A stretch of 64,000 nt of DNA from Gemmatimonadales bacterium (GTDB lineage Bacteria > Gemmatimonadota > Gemmatimonadetes > Gemmatimonadales > GWC2-71-9): contig JBDIWC010000002.1 of assembly GCA_039794085.1 (NCBI GenBank), positions 32,001-96,000 of the forward strand, read 5' to 3'. Shown in pieces: positions 52,056-62,302 of this stretch. Position numbers and translations under genes: made by a program. Position 1 is the first letter of the stretch. The number at the start of each line of letters is the position of its first letter. Under the pieces are notes generated by a model, which saw nothing but the letters and a program-made list of their open reading frames with translations, was not told where the DNA came from and searched no databases.

Positions 52056-53560
52056 CTCACTCCCTCGTGCCGTGCCGCCTGACGCCAGGCGCTGGTGCTG
52101 GCGGTGTCCGCCCGGGTCCCTTCCGGGGCCACTGCCGGGCGGCTCTGGCGACGGCTCTCGTCCTCGGCCAGCGCGGCCACGATGGCGAGCGTGAGATCGC
52201 GTTCCGGATCGGAGGGTGCCTGGAGAAGGTCGGACCGGCGGTCGAGGAACTGGATGTCGATCTCGCCCCGCTGGAACTCGGCGTCAGCCAGGAGTCGGCG
52301 GTGGAAGGCCTGGTTGGTGGCCACTCCCACCACCACCAGCTCGTCGAGTGCCCTCCGCATCCGGGCCACACAGGCGTCCCGCGTGGGGGCTCTGACGATG
52401 AGCTTGGCGAGCATCGAGTCGTAGTGGAGGGTGACGTCATCGCCGACCGTGACGCCCGAGTCCCAGCGGACGCCGGGACCGGAGGGAATCTGAAGATAGG
52501 TTATCCGCCCCGTGGTGGGGAGGAATCCGTTGGCCGGGTCCTCGCTGGTGATCCGGCACTCCATGGCCCACCCCCGCGGCGCCAGGTCCCGGGAGGGAAG
52601 ACTGAGAGGCAGTCCCCGCGCGATCCGGAGCTGTTCCCGCACGAGATCCACCCCATACGCCATCTCGGTGACGGGGTGTTCCACCTGGATCCGGGTGTTC
52701 ATCTCCAGGAAGTAGAACTCGCCACCGGCCGTGAGCAGGAACTCACAGGTTCCCGCTCCCCGGTAGCCCACCGCCCGGGCCGCTGCCACGGCCGCGCGCC
52801 CCATGTGTTCGCGAAGGGCCGGGGACACCGCGACAGAGGGGGCTTCCTCCAGCAGCTTCTGGTGTCGCCGCTGGATCGAGCACTCCCGCTCGCCGAGATG
52901 AACGGCGCGTTCCTGGTCGGCCAGGATCTGAATCTCGACGTGCCGGGGCCGCTCGATGAACTTTTCGAGATACACCCCCGCGTCGCCGAAGGACCGGTCG
53001 GCCTCGGAGGCGGCGGCGCGGAGGGCCGCGGAGAGTTCCCCGGCTTCCCGCACCACGCGCATTCCCTTCCCTCCCCCGCCGGCGGCCGCCTTGACCATCA
53101 CGGGATACCCGAGGGAGTCCGCCAGGTCATGAGCCCTTTTCCCCTCGGTGATCGGCTCCTCGGTGCCGGGCACCACGGGCACGCCGGCTTCCTTCATCCG
53201 GCGGCGGGCCTCCGTCTTGTCCCCCATCGCCCGGATGGCATCCGCCGGAGGACCGACAAACACCAGCCCGGCCTCGGCCACCGCGTCGGCAAAGGCGGCT
53301 CGTTCCGCCAGGAATCCATAGCCCGGGTGGATCGCTCCAGCCCCGCTCTCCCGGGCCGCGGCGATCAGGCGGGGGATCGACAGGTAGCTCTCGGAGGGAG
53401 CGGCTCCCCCGATCAGAATCGCGGTGTCGGCCGCGCGCACATGGGGGCTCTGCCGGTCGGCGTCGGAATAGACCGCCACCGCCTCGAGCCCCTCCTCATG
53501 GCAGGCGCGGATGATGCGCAGGGCGATCTCCCCGCGATTGGCAATCAGGATGCGCTTCAT
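52052..53560 (-). CDS. accC: Biotin carboxylase subunit of acetyl/propionyl-CoA carboxylase
   Basis: ILIANRGEIA, HPGYGFL, GGGGKGM, ECSIQRRHQK, EMNTRIQVEH. Confidence 0.93.
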   Translation of the reverse strand: MKRILIANRGEIALRIIRACHEEGLEAVAVYSDADRQSPHVRAADTAILIGGAAPSESYLSIPRLIAAARESGAGAIHPGYGFLAERAAFADAVAEAGLVFVGPPADAIRAMGDKTEARRRMKEAGVPVVPGTEEPITEGKRAHDLADSLGYPVMVKAAAGGGGKGMRVVREAGELSAALRAAASEADRSFGDAGVYLEKFIERPRHVEIQILADQERAVHLGERECSIQRRHQKLLEEAPSVAVSPALREHMGRAAVAAARAVGYRGAGTCEFLLTAGGEFYFLEMNTRIQVEHPVTEMAYGVDLVREQLRIARGLPLSLPSRDLAPRGWAMECRITSEDPANGFLPTTGRITYLQIPSGPGVRWDSGVTVGDDVTLHYDSMLAKLIVRAPTRDACVARMRRALDELVVVGVATNQAFHRRLLADAEFQRGEIDIQFLDRRSDLLQAPSDPERDLTLAIVAALAEDESRRQSRPAVAPEGTRADTASTSAWRQAARHEGVR

Positions 53561-53578
53561 GACCGGCCCCCGGCCCTC

Positions 53579-55132
53579 TCAGAGAGGAATGTTGCCATGT
53601 TTTTTCGCGGGGTTGCGGTCCCGCTTGGTGCGCAGCATCCGCAGCCCGTCGATCAGCCGAGGGCGGGTGTCCCGGGGATCGATCACGTCGTCGACGTAGC
53701 CTCGGGCGGCCGCCGCATAGGGATGGGCAAAGGTGGCGGTGTATTCCTCGATGCGCCGCTGCGCCTCGGCCTCGGGATCCTCCGCCGTCCGGATTTCCTC
53801 GCGGAAGAGAATTTCCACCGCCCCCTTCGGACCCATCACGGCGATCTCGGCGGTCGGCCAGGCGAGGTTGATGTCGCCCCGGATGTGCTTGGAACTCATG
53901 ACGTCGTAGGCGCCGCCGTACGCCTTGCGGGTGATCACCGTGAGTTTGGGCACGGTGGCCTCGCAGAAAGCGTACAGCAACTTGGCGCCGTGCCGGATGA
54001 TGCCCCCATGCTCCTGGGCCACTCCGGGAAGGAAGCCCGGCACGTCCACCAGGGTGACCAGCGGGATGTTGAAGGCATCGCAGAACCGGATGAACCGGGC
54101 CGCCTTGACCGAGGCGTTGATGTCGAGAACTCCGGCGAGGACCGCGGGCTGGTTGGCCACCACCCCCACCGGCTCGCCTCCGAGACGGGCAAATCCCACG
54201 AGGATGTTGCCGGCCCAGGCCGCGTGAATCTCGACGAATCGTCCGTCGTCCACGACGGCGCCGATGACGTCGTGCATGTCATACGGCTGCGAGGAGAGGT
54301 CCGGGATCACGTCCAGGAGCGAGGCCTCCCGCCGATCCTCGGGGTCGGTGGAGGGATGCCGCGGGGGATCATCGAGATTGTTGGCCGGAAGGAACGCCAT
54401 CAGATCCCGCACGGCGGCGAGGCACTCCGCCTCGGAGTCGAACACACTCGCGGCGAGTCCGCTGGTCTCGGCATGGACATCCGCTCCGCCGAGTCCCTCG
54501 AAGGTCACTTCCTCATGGGTGACGGTCTTCACGACGTTGGGTCCGGTGACGAACATGTAGCTGACGCCGCGCACCATGAACACAAAGTCCGTGATGGCGG
54601 GACTGTACACCGCTCCGCCGGCACAGGGACCGAGAATCACGGAGATCTGAGGAATGACGCCGGAGGCGAGAGTATTCCGGAGGAAGATGTCCGCGTATCC
54701 CCCCAGGGAAGCCACGCCTTCCTGGATCCGAGCGCCACCCGAGTCGTTCAGGCCGATGATGGGGGCCCCGTTCCGCACCGCCAGATCCATCACCTTGCAG
54801 ATCTTCTGGGCGTGGGTTTCCGACAGCGAGCCGCCGAACACGGTGAAGTCCTGGGAGAAGACGTAGACCAGTTTCCCGTTGATCCTTCCGTATCCGGTCA
54901 CCACACCGTCCCCCGGGATCTTCTGATCCGCCAGACCGAAGTCGTCGCACCGATGGGTGACGAACCGGTCGAATTCGACCAGGCTGCCCTCATCGAGCAG
55001 GAGATCGAGACGCTCCCGGGCGGTCAGCTTGCCCTTGGCGTGCTGCTGGGCGATCCGCTTCGGACCCCCCCCCTGCTCCGCTTCGGCCTGGTGCTGCCGA
55101 AGGGTGTCGAGACGTGCGTGGGAATCTGGCAT
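53579..55132 (-). CDS. pccB: Acyl-CoA (propionyl-CoA-type) carboxylase carboxyltransferase subunit
   Basis: [44 protein letters not shown]. Confidence 0.93.
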   Translation of the reverse strand: MPDSHARLDTLRQHQAEAEQGGGPKRIAQQHAKGKLTARERLDLLLDEGSLVEFDRFVTHRCDDFGLADQKIPGDGVVTGYGRINGKLVYVFSQDFTVFGGSLSETHAQKICKVMDLAVRNGAPIIGLNDSGGARIQEGVASLGGYADIFLRNTLASGVIPQISVILGPCAGGAVYSPAITDFVFMVRGVSYMFVTGPNVVKTVTHEEVTFEGLGGADVHAETSGLAASVFDSEAECLAAVRDLMAFLPANNLDDPPRHPSTDPEDRREASLLDVIPDLSSQPYDMHDVIGAVVDDGRFVEIHAAWAGNILVGFARLGGEPVGVVANQPAVLAGVLDINASVKAARFIRFCDAFNIPLVTLVDVPGFLPGVAQEHGGIIRHGAKLLYAFCEATVPKLTVITRKAYGGAYDVMSSKHIRGDINLAWPTAEIAVMGPKGAVEILFREEIRTAEDPEAEAQRRIEEYTATFAHPYAAAARGYVDDVIDPRDTRPRLIDGLRMLRTKRDRNPAKKHGNIPL

Positions 55133-55141
55133 AGAGAGGGG

Positions 55142-55170
55142 AATCTGCCCTGCCCGAGGAGGAAGGTCAA
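55142..55170 (-). promoter_or_regulatory. pccB operon promoter (short or no leader)
   Basis: Minus strand TTGACC-N17-CAGATT, then 9 nt to the ATG with no SD. Confidence 0.5.
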
Positions 55171-55244
55171 AACGGCGCGGGGCCGGGAGTCATGGATCCC
55201 GACCCCGCGCGGAGAATCACCGGGGATCCGAGCCCCCGATCGGC

Positions 55245-57035
55245 TCAGTCATCGTCGACCGGGTCGTCCTCGTAGACGGGCCGGACCGGCGGAATGATCG
55301 GTTCGTCGGGATAGCCCGTGACTTCGAGCACGATCCGATGGTGGATCGGATCCACCTCGAGAATCGAGGCCTCCACCACCTGCCCCTCCTTCACCACCTC
55401 CGCGGGGTCCTCGACGTTCTCGTGCTCCTGTCCCATCTGGGACACGGGAACGAACCCTTCGAGATCCGAGCCCATGTCGACCACGAAACCCTTGTCCATG
55501 AGGCGCACGATGCGACCCTTGATCGCGGTGCCGACCGGGTAGGTCTCGCCGATGGTGAGCCAGGGGTCCTCGGCCGCCTGCTTGAGCCCCAGGGAAATCC
55601 GCTTGTTCTCGCCATCGATGTTGAGGACCAGAACGGTGACGGTGTCCCCCTTCTTGACCACCTCGCTCGGGTGCTGCACCCGCTTGGTCCAGGACATGTC
55701 GGAGATGTGGATCAGGCCGTCAATGCCGGGCTCGAGCTCCACGAATGCGCCGAAGCTGGTCAGGTTGCGGACCTTGCCGGTGATCCGGGTCCCGACGGGA
55801 TACTTCTCCGGGAGCGTCATCCACGGGTCCTGCTCGGTCTGCTTCATGCCGAGAGAGATCTTCTCGTCGCCCTCGTCCACCTTCAGGACCACCGCATCGA
55901 TGGTCTCGCCGATGCTGACGATCTTCGACGGATGACGCACGTTGCGGGTCCAACTCATCTCGGAGATGTGGACCAGCCCCTCGATGCCCGGCTCGAGTTC
56001 CACGAAGGCCCCGTAGTTGGTGATGGACACGACCTTGCCCTGCACCCGGCTGCCCACGGGATACTTCTCGGCCACATCCTTCCACGGATACGACTGCAAC
56101 TGCTTCATGCCGAGACTGATCCGCTCCCGCTGCCAGTCGATGTCGAGGATCTTGATCTCGACTTCCTTCCCGATGGCCACCATTTCCGACGGGTGAGACA
56201 CCCGGCCGTAGGACATGTCGGTGATGTGCAGGAGACCGTCAACTCCCCCGAGGTCGATGAAGGCCCCGAAGTCGGTGATGTTCTTCACCACACCGGTCCG
56301 CACCTGGCCGACCTCGAGCTCCTTCATGAGGAACTCGCGCTTGTTGGCTCGATCGGCTTCGAGAATGACCCGGCGGCTCACGACGATGTTGCGGCGACGC
56401 TTGTTCAGCTTGATGATCTTGAATTCATACGACGACCCGAGAAGCTCGTCGATGTTGGGCACGCGGCGGAGTGCGATCTGCGACCCGGGAAGAAAGGCAT
56501 CGACCCCCATCACGCTGACCACCACGCCCCCCTTGATCTTCTTCATCAGGGTGCCCTCGACCGGCTCATCGTTCTCGAAGGCGTGGCGGATCTTCTCCCA
56601 GACCCGCATGAAGTCGGCCTTCTTCTTCGACAGTACCACCGCCCCGTCCTGATCCTCCAGATGCTCGAGGAAGACTTCGACCTCGTCTCCCTCCTTCAGC
56701 GACCCGGGATCCTGGAACTCCTCGATGGGAATGGACCCTTCGGACTTGAAGCCGACATCGAGAATCACCGCGTTGTCGGTGACCCGCAGGACCCGCGACT
56801 TGACGATCTCCCCCTCGACGATCGAGGCCATGGTGCCCTCGTACATCGAGAGCATCTCCTCATACTCCGACTCGGAGTAGGTATCGTCGTACAGGTCGTC
56901 GCGGACCCGGATGGCCATCGCGGGCTTGACCGTGGCCGTGGTGCTCGCGCTCTCCCGAATCTCCTCGGGGACCGTGTCGGGTGCGGGGGCAGTCTCGGAG
57001 ACGGCAGCGGGGGTGGAAGGATCTGATTCTGGCAT
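55245..57035 (-). CDS. rpsA: 30S ribosomal protein S1
   Basis: Tandem S1 repeats (DVGFKSEG, FLPGSQ, FGAF...GLLHITDMS, GLVHISEMSW); follows cmk. Confidence 0.97.
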   Translation of the reverse strand: MPESDPSTPAAVSETAPAPDTVPEEIRESASTTATVKPAMAIRVRDDLYDDTYSESEYEEMLSMYEGTMASIVEGEIVKSRVLRVTDNAVILDVGFKSEGSIPIEEFQDPGSLKEGDEVEVFLEHLEDQDGAVVLSKKKADFMRVWEKIRHAFENDEPVEGTLMKKIKGGVVVSVMGVDAFLPGSQIALRRVPNIDELLGSSYEFKIIKLNKRRRNIVVSRRVILEADRANKREFLMKELEVGQVRTGVVKNITDFGAFIDLGGVDGLLHITDMSYGRVSHPSEMVAIGKEVEIKILDIDWQRERISLGMKQLQSYPWKDVAEKYPVGSRVQGKVVSITNYGAFVELEPGIEGLVHISEMSWTRNVRHPSKIVSIGETIDAVVLKVDEGDEKISLGMKQTEQDPWMTLPEKYPVGTRITGKVRNLTSFGAFVELEPGIDGLIHISDMSWTKRVQHPSEVVKKGDTVTVLVLNIDGENKRISLGLKQAAEDPWLTIGETYPVGTAIKGRIVRLMDKGFVVDMGSDLEGFVPVSQMGQEHENVEDPAEVVKEGQVVEASILEVDPIHHRIVLEVTGYPDEPIIPPVRPVYEDDPVDDD

Positions 57036-57133
57036 GGGAGGGCATCCGTACCGGCGCTCCGGCGGGGAGCCGGTCACCGGGGTTCAGGGTGAGCGTCCAG
57101 GGGCCGAGTGCCTCTGGACCTGAGCCCTGCAAC

Positions 57134-57850
57134 CTACACTGTGGGATGGTTCTGGAACAAGGGGTGCTTCCGTGCCAAGGCCACGATTCTGGCCACCTGA
57201 TCTTCGAATTCCAGATCGGAGGTGTCAAGGTGAACCGCGTCGGGGGCAGACCTCAACGGGGCGACCTCTCTCCCGGCATCCAGGCGGTCCCGCGCCTTGA
57301 GCCGGTCGGCCTCCTCCGCGAGGATCGGGGCGGCGGGAGAGGTTCCGCCCCCCGCCTGCGCCAGCCGGCGCCGGGCTCGTACCTCCGCCGAGGCGGTCAG
57401 GAAGACCTTGACCGGGGCTTCGGGCACGACCACGGTGCCAATGTCCCGGCCATCGAGCACCACGGGTCGCCCCAGCTCTACTATCGCCTCCCGGAGCATC
57501 CGGGTGACCCAGGTCCGGATCCCGGGCCGTGCCGAGATCGCACTCACACCCGCCGTCACCTCCGGGCTCCTGATCGCCGGCTCGGCGGTCCGGCCATCGA
57601 TCATGGGGACCAGCGCATCGCCCGCCCGGCGGAGATGGACCCCGCGTTGCCGCACCGCGTCGAGAATGGCCTCGTCACTGGCCGGCTGGGGCACCTGTCC
57701 CGCCACGAGAGTCACCGCCCGGTACAACGCCCCGGTGTCCAGGTGCCAGGCGCCGAGAGCATGGGCCACGGCATGTGCCGTGCTCGATTTTCCCGAGGCG
57801 GCCGGTCCGTCGATCGCCACGACGGGGGGAGGCGTGGGAGCGGTCATCAC
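57134..57850 (-). CDS. cmk: Cytidylate kinase
   Basis: IDGPAASGKS, LDTGALYRA, DGRDIGTVV, RDRLD. Confidence 0.96.
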   Translation of the reverse strand: MMTAPTPPPVVAIDGPAASGKSSTAHAVAHALGAWHLDTGALYRAVTLVAGQVPQPASDEAILDAVRQRGVHLRRAGDALVPMIDGRTAEPAIRSPEVTAGVSAISARPGIRTWVTRMLREAIVELGRPVVLDGRDIGTVVVPEAPVKVFLTASAEVRARRRLAQAGGGTSPAAPILAEEADRLKARDRLDAGREVAPLRSAPDAVHLDTSDLEFEDQVARIVALARKHPLFQNHPTV

Positions 57851-59115
57851 CGGCCTTCGAGGGAGGCAAGTGCTTTCCAGAAACCGGGGAAACTCACCCC
57901 GGCACAGGCGGGATTATCCACGACCAGGTCCACCCCGGGTGACTCCCCCAATACACCGAATGCCATGGCCAGGCGGTGGTCATCCGCGGTGCGGATCAGC
58001 CCCTTCAGCGGACCCCGGGTGCCCGTCACGCGGAGAGTATCACCCTCAGCCACCGCCTCGACGCCCAGGCCCCGCAGATTCGTGGCCAGGAGGCCGAGCC
58101 GGTCACTCTCCTTCACGCGGAGCTCTCCAACCTGGTGGAACGTCGTGGTCCCGTGACATCTCGCGGCGAGCGCGGCCAGGACCGGGATCTCGTCAATCAC
58201 CCCGGGCACTTCGGACGCGGGGATGTCGGTGGCCTGGAGATCGCCAGGAGTGAGGACCAGATCACCAATCGGTTCGCCGAGCACCGTCCCCCGCTGCTCC
58301 GTCTCCACCACCGCTCCCATCCTTCGGATGACCGCGAGAAACCCTGTCCTCGTCGGATTCAGAGCCACCCCGGAGATCCGCAGCCGCCGGGGGGATCGGC
58401 CGAGCATCGCCGCCGCCAGGAGAAAGGCCGCAGAGGAGGGATCTCCCGGAATCTCCGTGCTGAAGGGCTCCAGGCAGCCGCTGGACGGATCGAAGTCGAT
58501 CCACCCCTCGCGGATCGGCAGGGCGAAACCAAACGCGGCGAGGAGGCGTTCCGTGTGATCACGGGACGTCCCTCCCACTCCCTCCCGCACGGCGACGGGA
58601 ACGCGACCGGAAAGACCCGCGAGCAGGAGGGCACTCTTGACCTGGGCACTCGCGACCGGCATCGCGTAGCGCAGCGGGCGGAGGTTCCCGCCCTGGATCG
58701 TGAGGGGGAGCCGGTCTCCGGAATCGGCCCCGGCGATGAGGGCCCCCATCGCCGCCAGCGGGTCCGTGACCCTGCGCATCGGCCGACGGCGGAGGGAACG
58801 ATCCCCGGTGACCGTGGCCCCGAACGGGTGGCCCGCGAGAAGCCCGAGGAGAAGACGGGCCGCCGTGCCGCTGTTTCCACAGTCGAGGGGGATCCGGGGT
58901 GCGGAGAACCGGGATACCCCTTTCACGGTCACCACCGCGCCCTCACGGAGGGGAGAGATACCGGCTCCAAGCTGGCGCAGAACCCGGGCGGTGGAGCGGG
59001 CATCAAGCGCGGTCAGGGCTCCTCCGATTTTCGACCGGCCCGGGGAAAGGGCGGCAACCATCAAGACCCGGTGGGTGATGCTCTTGTCCCCGGGGACCGT
59101 CAGAGCGTGCGGCAT
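57847..59115 (-). CDS. aroA: 3-phosphoshikimate 1-carboxyvinyltransferase
   Basis: PGDKSITHR, DCGNSGT, SAQVKS, RDHTE, RVKESDR, DHRLAM. Confidence 0.97.
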   Translation of the reverse strand: MPHALTVPGDKSITHRVLMVAALSPGRSKIGGALTALDARSTARVLRQLGAGISPLREGAVVTVKGVSRFSAPRIPLDCGNSGTAARLLLGLLAGHPFGATVTGDRSLRRRPMRRVTDPLAAMGALIAGADSGDRLPLTIQGGNLRPLRYAMPVASAQVKSALLLAGLSGRVPVAVREGVGGTSRDHTERLLAAFGFALPIREGWIDFDPSSGCLEPFSTEIPGDPSSAAFLLAAAMLGRSPRRLRISGVALNPTRTGFLAVIRRMGAVVETEQRGTVLGEPIGDLVLTPGDLQATDIPASEVPGVIDEIPVLAALAARCHGTTTFHQVGELRVKESDRLGLLATNLRGLGVEAVAEGDTLRVTGTRGPLKGLIRTADDHRLAMAFGVLGESPGVDLVVDNPACAGVSFPGFWKALASLEGR

Positions 59116-59299
59116 TCGCGTGGCACCTTGGAGCGAAAAGAAGGGTTCGGGGAGAAATCTGATTTCACCACTGGGAGAATGCCCTGGAGACCGGTTTTCC
59201 CTAGATGATTGGCCTGCCACCACTTAAGTTAACATGACCGGATACTTTCCCGGTGATCGTCCGTGAACGCCTCTTTCCCTGGAGCTCCGCGAGCCCACT

Positions 59300-61546
59300 G
59301 TGACCCACCCCTCCCCTGCGACTCTGTCCGCCAGAAGCGACACCTGGTTGGTGGACGTCCTGGTCTCTGCGGGAATCATCTCCCAGGACATCGGGCAGGA
59401 ACTCTGTGCCGACACGGAGTCCATCTGGTCGGCCGTGGTTCGGCGCGGAATGGCGAGCGACGAACTCGTGGTCAAGATCCTCAGCAACCGGTTCGCGGTG
59501 AAGCTCGCCGACTTTTCCGAACTGGACACCAGGGCCACAGCTTTCGTGCCGGAGTCCATGGCCCGGAAACATCTCATCGTTCCGCTGGGAGCGGATGACC
59601 GGCGCATCAAGATCGCCACGGCGGACCCCCGCGACCTGGACCTGGAAAAGGCCCTGGAGTTTGTCACCAGTCGGTCGGTTGAGTTCCGCCTCGCGGCTCC
59701 CTCGGTCCTGCGCCAGAGACTCGACGACATCTACCGTCCGGAGCGGAGCGTCAACCGCCTGCTGAGCGGCCTCACGCCGGCCAGCCTGGAGCAGGTCGAG
59801 GACACGGGGACGCCCGGGTCCGAGGGAACGCTCGATGCCCCGATGACGCGACTGGTGGATGCGATGATCGGCGACGCCGTCCGAGAAGGGGCGAGCGACA
59901 TTCATGGAGAGCCGGTCGAGGGCCTCATGTCGGTGCGGTACCGGATCGACGGGATTCTGCACGAGGTCATGCGGCTTCCCGGATCGGCCGGCCCCGCCCT
60001 GGTGAGGCGGGTCAAGATTCTTGGCAAGCTCGACGTCACCGACCCCCTCCGGCCCCACGATGGCCGGGCCGCGGTCCGGGTGGACGGTCGGGTGATCGAT
60101 CTTCGGATCTCCACCGTGCCCATCGCCCGCCGGGGTGAAAAGGTGGTCATCCGCATCCTGAACCGGACCAACCTGAGAGCCACGATCGCGGACCTCCGAC
60201 TCCCCCCCGAGGAGGAGCGCCTGTTCCAGGGCCTGGTGAAGCACCGTGACGGCATGCTGCTGGTGACGGGTCCCACGGGGAGCGGGAAGACCACCACGTT
60301 GTACGCCGTCCTCAATCAGCTCAAGACAGGTGAGGTGAACATCGTCACGATCGAGGACCCGGTCGAGTACGATATCGGGGGGATATCCCAGTTGCAGGTG
60401 AACGAAGACCAGGGGTTCACCTTCGCGGCGGCGCTGCGTTCGGTCCTGCGGCAAGACCCGGATATTGTGCTCGTGGGAGAGATCCGGGACGGCGAGACCG
60501 CCAACATCGCCATCCAGGCGGGGCAGACCGGCCATTTCGTCCTGTCCACTCTCCACACCAACGACGCGGCCTCCGCCATTCCGCGCCTGCGGGACCTCGG
60601 CGTGGATGGATTCAACCTCGCGGCGGTGCTTCGGGGAGTGCTGGCCCAGCGGCTGGTACGGCGCCTCTGCCCCGAGTGTTCCACGCCGATGGAGGTGGGT
60701 CTGCTCCCTGCGGAGGCACAGCCGCCGGCCGGAGTGAGCGCGACCCCCCGGCGGTCCGCCGGGTGCAAGGCCTGCGGGGGGTCCGGGTATCGGGGACGGA
60801 TCGCCATCCTGGAGATCATGCCCGTCGATGATCGAATGGCCCATTTGATCGAGAAGGGTGCCATGCCGGATGTCCTCGCCGAGTCCGCCCGCGCACTCGG
60901 CATGCGGACGCTCTGGCAGAGCGGACTCGACCGGGTCTGGCGAGGTCAGACGTCGATCGACGAAATTGTGCGGGTGCTCGGGGACCGGGCGGGAGACGAC
61001 CCGACGGTCCTCGCCGACGAGCCGGTTGCCTTGAAGGAGCTCCTGCCCGATCTCCTGGGCTCGACCGCCGGCGGCATGTCCGACCTGGCGGCCCCCGACA
61101 CGGAGTCGGCGTCACGCGTGTCTCCCCCACCGTCCCCTGTCCCCCGCGCGGTCCAGACCGCCCCTGGATCCTCCGCACCCCGCATCCTCGTGGCCGATGA
61201 CGATGCGCAGATGCGGAAACTGGTTCGCATGATCCTCAAGCGGGAGGGTTTCCTGGTTGAGGAAGCGGCTGATGGCCTCGATGCGCTGGAGGTCATGGAC
61301 TCCCACCCGGTGGACCTGCTGATCCTCGACCTGGACATGCCCCGTCTGGATGGGCTCGGGGTGCTGGAAGAGTTGCGGGCCCGGGTGCTCACCTCCAGCA
61401 TTCCGGTCATCGTCCTGACGGCCCGATCGGACGACACGGAAGTGAAAGCGCTGGACCTGGGTGCCCAGGACTACCTCACGAAGCCGGTCCAACCCTCCTC
61501 CCTCGCCGCCCGAGTCAAGGCGGTTCTGCGGCGTTCACGGCTCTGA
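59300..61546 (+). CDS. PilB/GspE-family assembly ATPase with C-terminal receiver (REC) domain
   Basis: ASDIH, GPTGSGKTT, TIEDPVEY, LRQDPD...GEIRD, STLHTN, CPEC...CKAC; C-terminal ILVADDD...LDLDMP...LTA...KP. Confidence 0.92.
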   Translation: MTHPSPATLSARSDTWLVDVLVSAGIISQDIGQELCADTESIWSAVVRRGMASDELVVKILSNRFAVKLADFSELDTRATAFVPESMARKHLIVPLGADDRRIKIATADPRDLDLEKALEFVTSRSVEFRLAAPSVLRQRLDDIYRPERSVNRLLSGLTPASLEQVEDTGTPGSEGTLDAPMTRLVDAMIGDAVREGASDIHGEPVEGLMSVRYRIDGILHEVMRLPGSAGPALVRRVKILGKLDVTDPLRPHDGRAAVRVDGRVIDLRISTVPIARRGEKVVIRILNRTNLRATIADLRLPPEEERLFQGLVKHRDGMLLVTGPTGSGKTTTLYAVLNQLKTGEVNIVTIEDPVEYDIGGISQLQVNEDQGFTFAAALRSVLRQDPDIVLVGEIRDGETANIAIQAGQTGHFVLSTLHTNDAASAIPRLRDLGVDGFNLAAVLRGVLAQRLVRRLCPECSTPMEVGLLPAEAQPPAGVSATPRRSAGCKACGGSGYRGRIAILEIMPVDDRMAHLIEKGAMPDVLAESARALGMRTLWQSGLDRVWRGQTSIDEIVRVLGDRAGDDPTVLADEPVALKELLPDLLGSTAGGMSDLAAPDTESASRVSPPPSPVPRAVQTAPGSSAPRILVADDDAQMRKLVRMILKREGFLVEEAADGLDALEVMDSHPVDLLILDLDMPRLDGLGVLEELRARVLTSSIPVIVLTARSDDTEVKALDLGAQDYLTKPVQPSSLAARVKAVLRRSRL

Positions 61547-61574
61547 GAAGCCTCTCATCCACGGAGCACACGGC

Positions 61575-62060
61575 ATGGATCACCCGCCCCCGGGTACTTC
61601 AGACAAGCAGGAGCTCCTCTCCGCCTTCGACCAGGTCGTCACGCGGGAGCAGGAACGGGACACCGCGGCGCCTCCCCCTCCGCCCCGCCGACCCGTGCGG
61701 GGCGGTCTCGTGGTGGCCGGAGCGCTGTCCTATCTCTTTCTGGCCTATATGTGGATCGGCAAGCCCGACTGGCTCTTTGCGCCTGACGCTCCTCCCCATC
61801 CCCTCAATGTCGAGGCCGCTCTCCGGATGGAACTCTACCTGCATGGGGCGGCACTCCACGACCATCTGGCAGCCACTGGCCGGCTCCCGTTCACCCTCGA
61901 CGAGGTCAGCACGCCCGAATCCGTCGTGGAGTACCAGCGGATGGGTGACAGCACGTGGGTGCTCAGGGGCACGGAGGGGTCGGTATCTCTGACCCTTCGT
62001 TCCACCGATCCGCTGGAGCCGTTTCTCGGGAACAGCCTGCTCGAACTGGGAGTGAAGTAG
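61575..62060 (+). CDS. Hypothetical single-TM protein (paralog of 63228-63728)
   Basis: One TM, P.WL, EAALRM, GRLPFTL, LRSTD...FLG.S shared with the paralog. Confidence 0.75.
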   Translation: MDHPPPGTSDKQELLSAFDQVVTREQERDTAAPPPPPRRPVRGGLVVAGALSYLFLAYMWIGKPDWLFAPDAPPHPLNVEAALRMELYLHGAALHDHLAATGRLPFTLDEVSTPESVVEYQRMGDSTWVLRGTEGSVSLTLRSTDPLEPFLGNSLLELGVK

Positions 62061-62063
62061 GCC

Positions 62064-62292
62064 AGGACGCAGGGCGCAGGACCAGGACAAAGGACAAAGG
62101 ACAAAGGACAAAGGACGTAGGACATGGGACACAGGACATGGAAAGGGCGGGACATTCAACGATAGTCATCCCGGCGAAGGTCGGGATCCGGGGTGGAGAT
62201 CCTGGTGGGTCGAACCGATTCCGGCGCGTGGAGACTGACGGTTGACCAGAGATCCCCATGTTCTATGTCCTATGTCCCATGTCCTACGTCCT
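62064..62292. repeat. Heptamer (AGGACNN) tandem repeats in inverted orientation around a GTCATCCCGGC hairpin
   Basis: AGGACAA x4 at 62084-62111; 62112-62139 pairs with 62265-62292 with one mismatch; GTCATCCCGGCGAAGGTCGGGATCC at 62165-62189. Confidence 0.88.
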
Positions 62293-62302
62293 AGTCAGTT
62301 CC

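Noticed and set aside
52067..55297. 1076-aa + strand ORF and similar long antisense ORFs (e.g. 36663..39182, 29617..31731, 54957..57026, 7569..9344)
   Set aside because: Antisense shadows of well-conserved genes, typical of high-GC codon bias.
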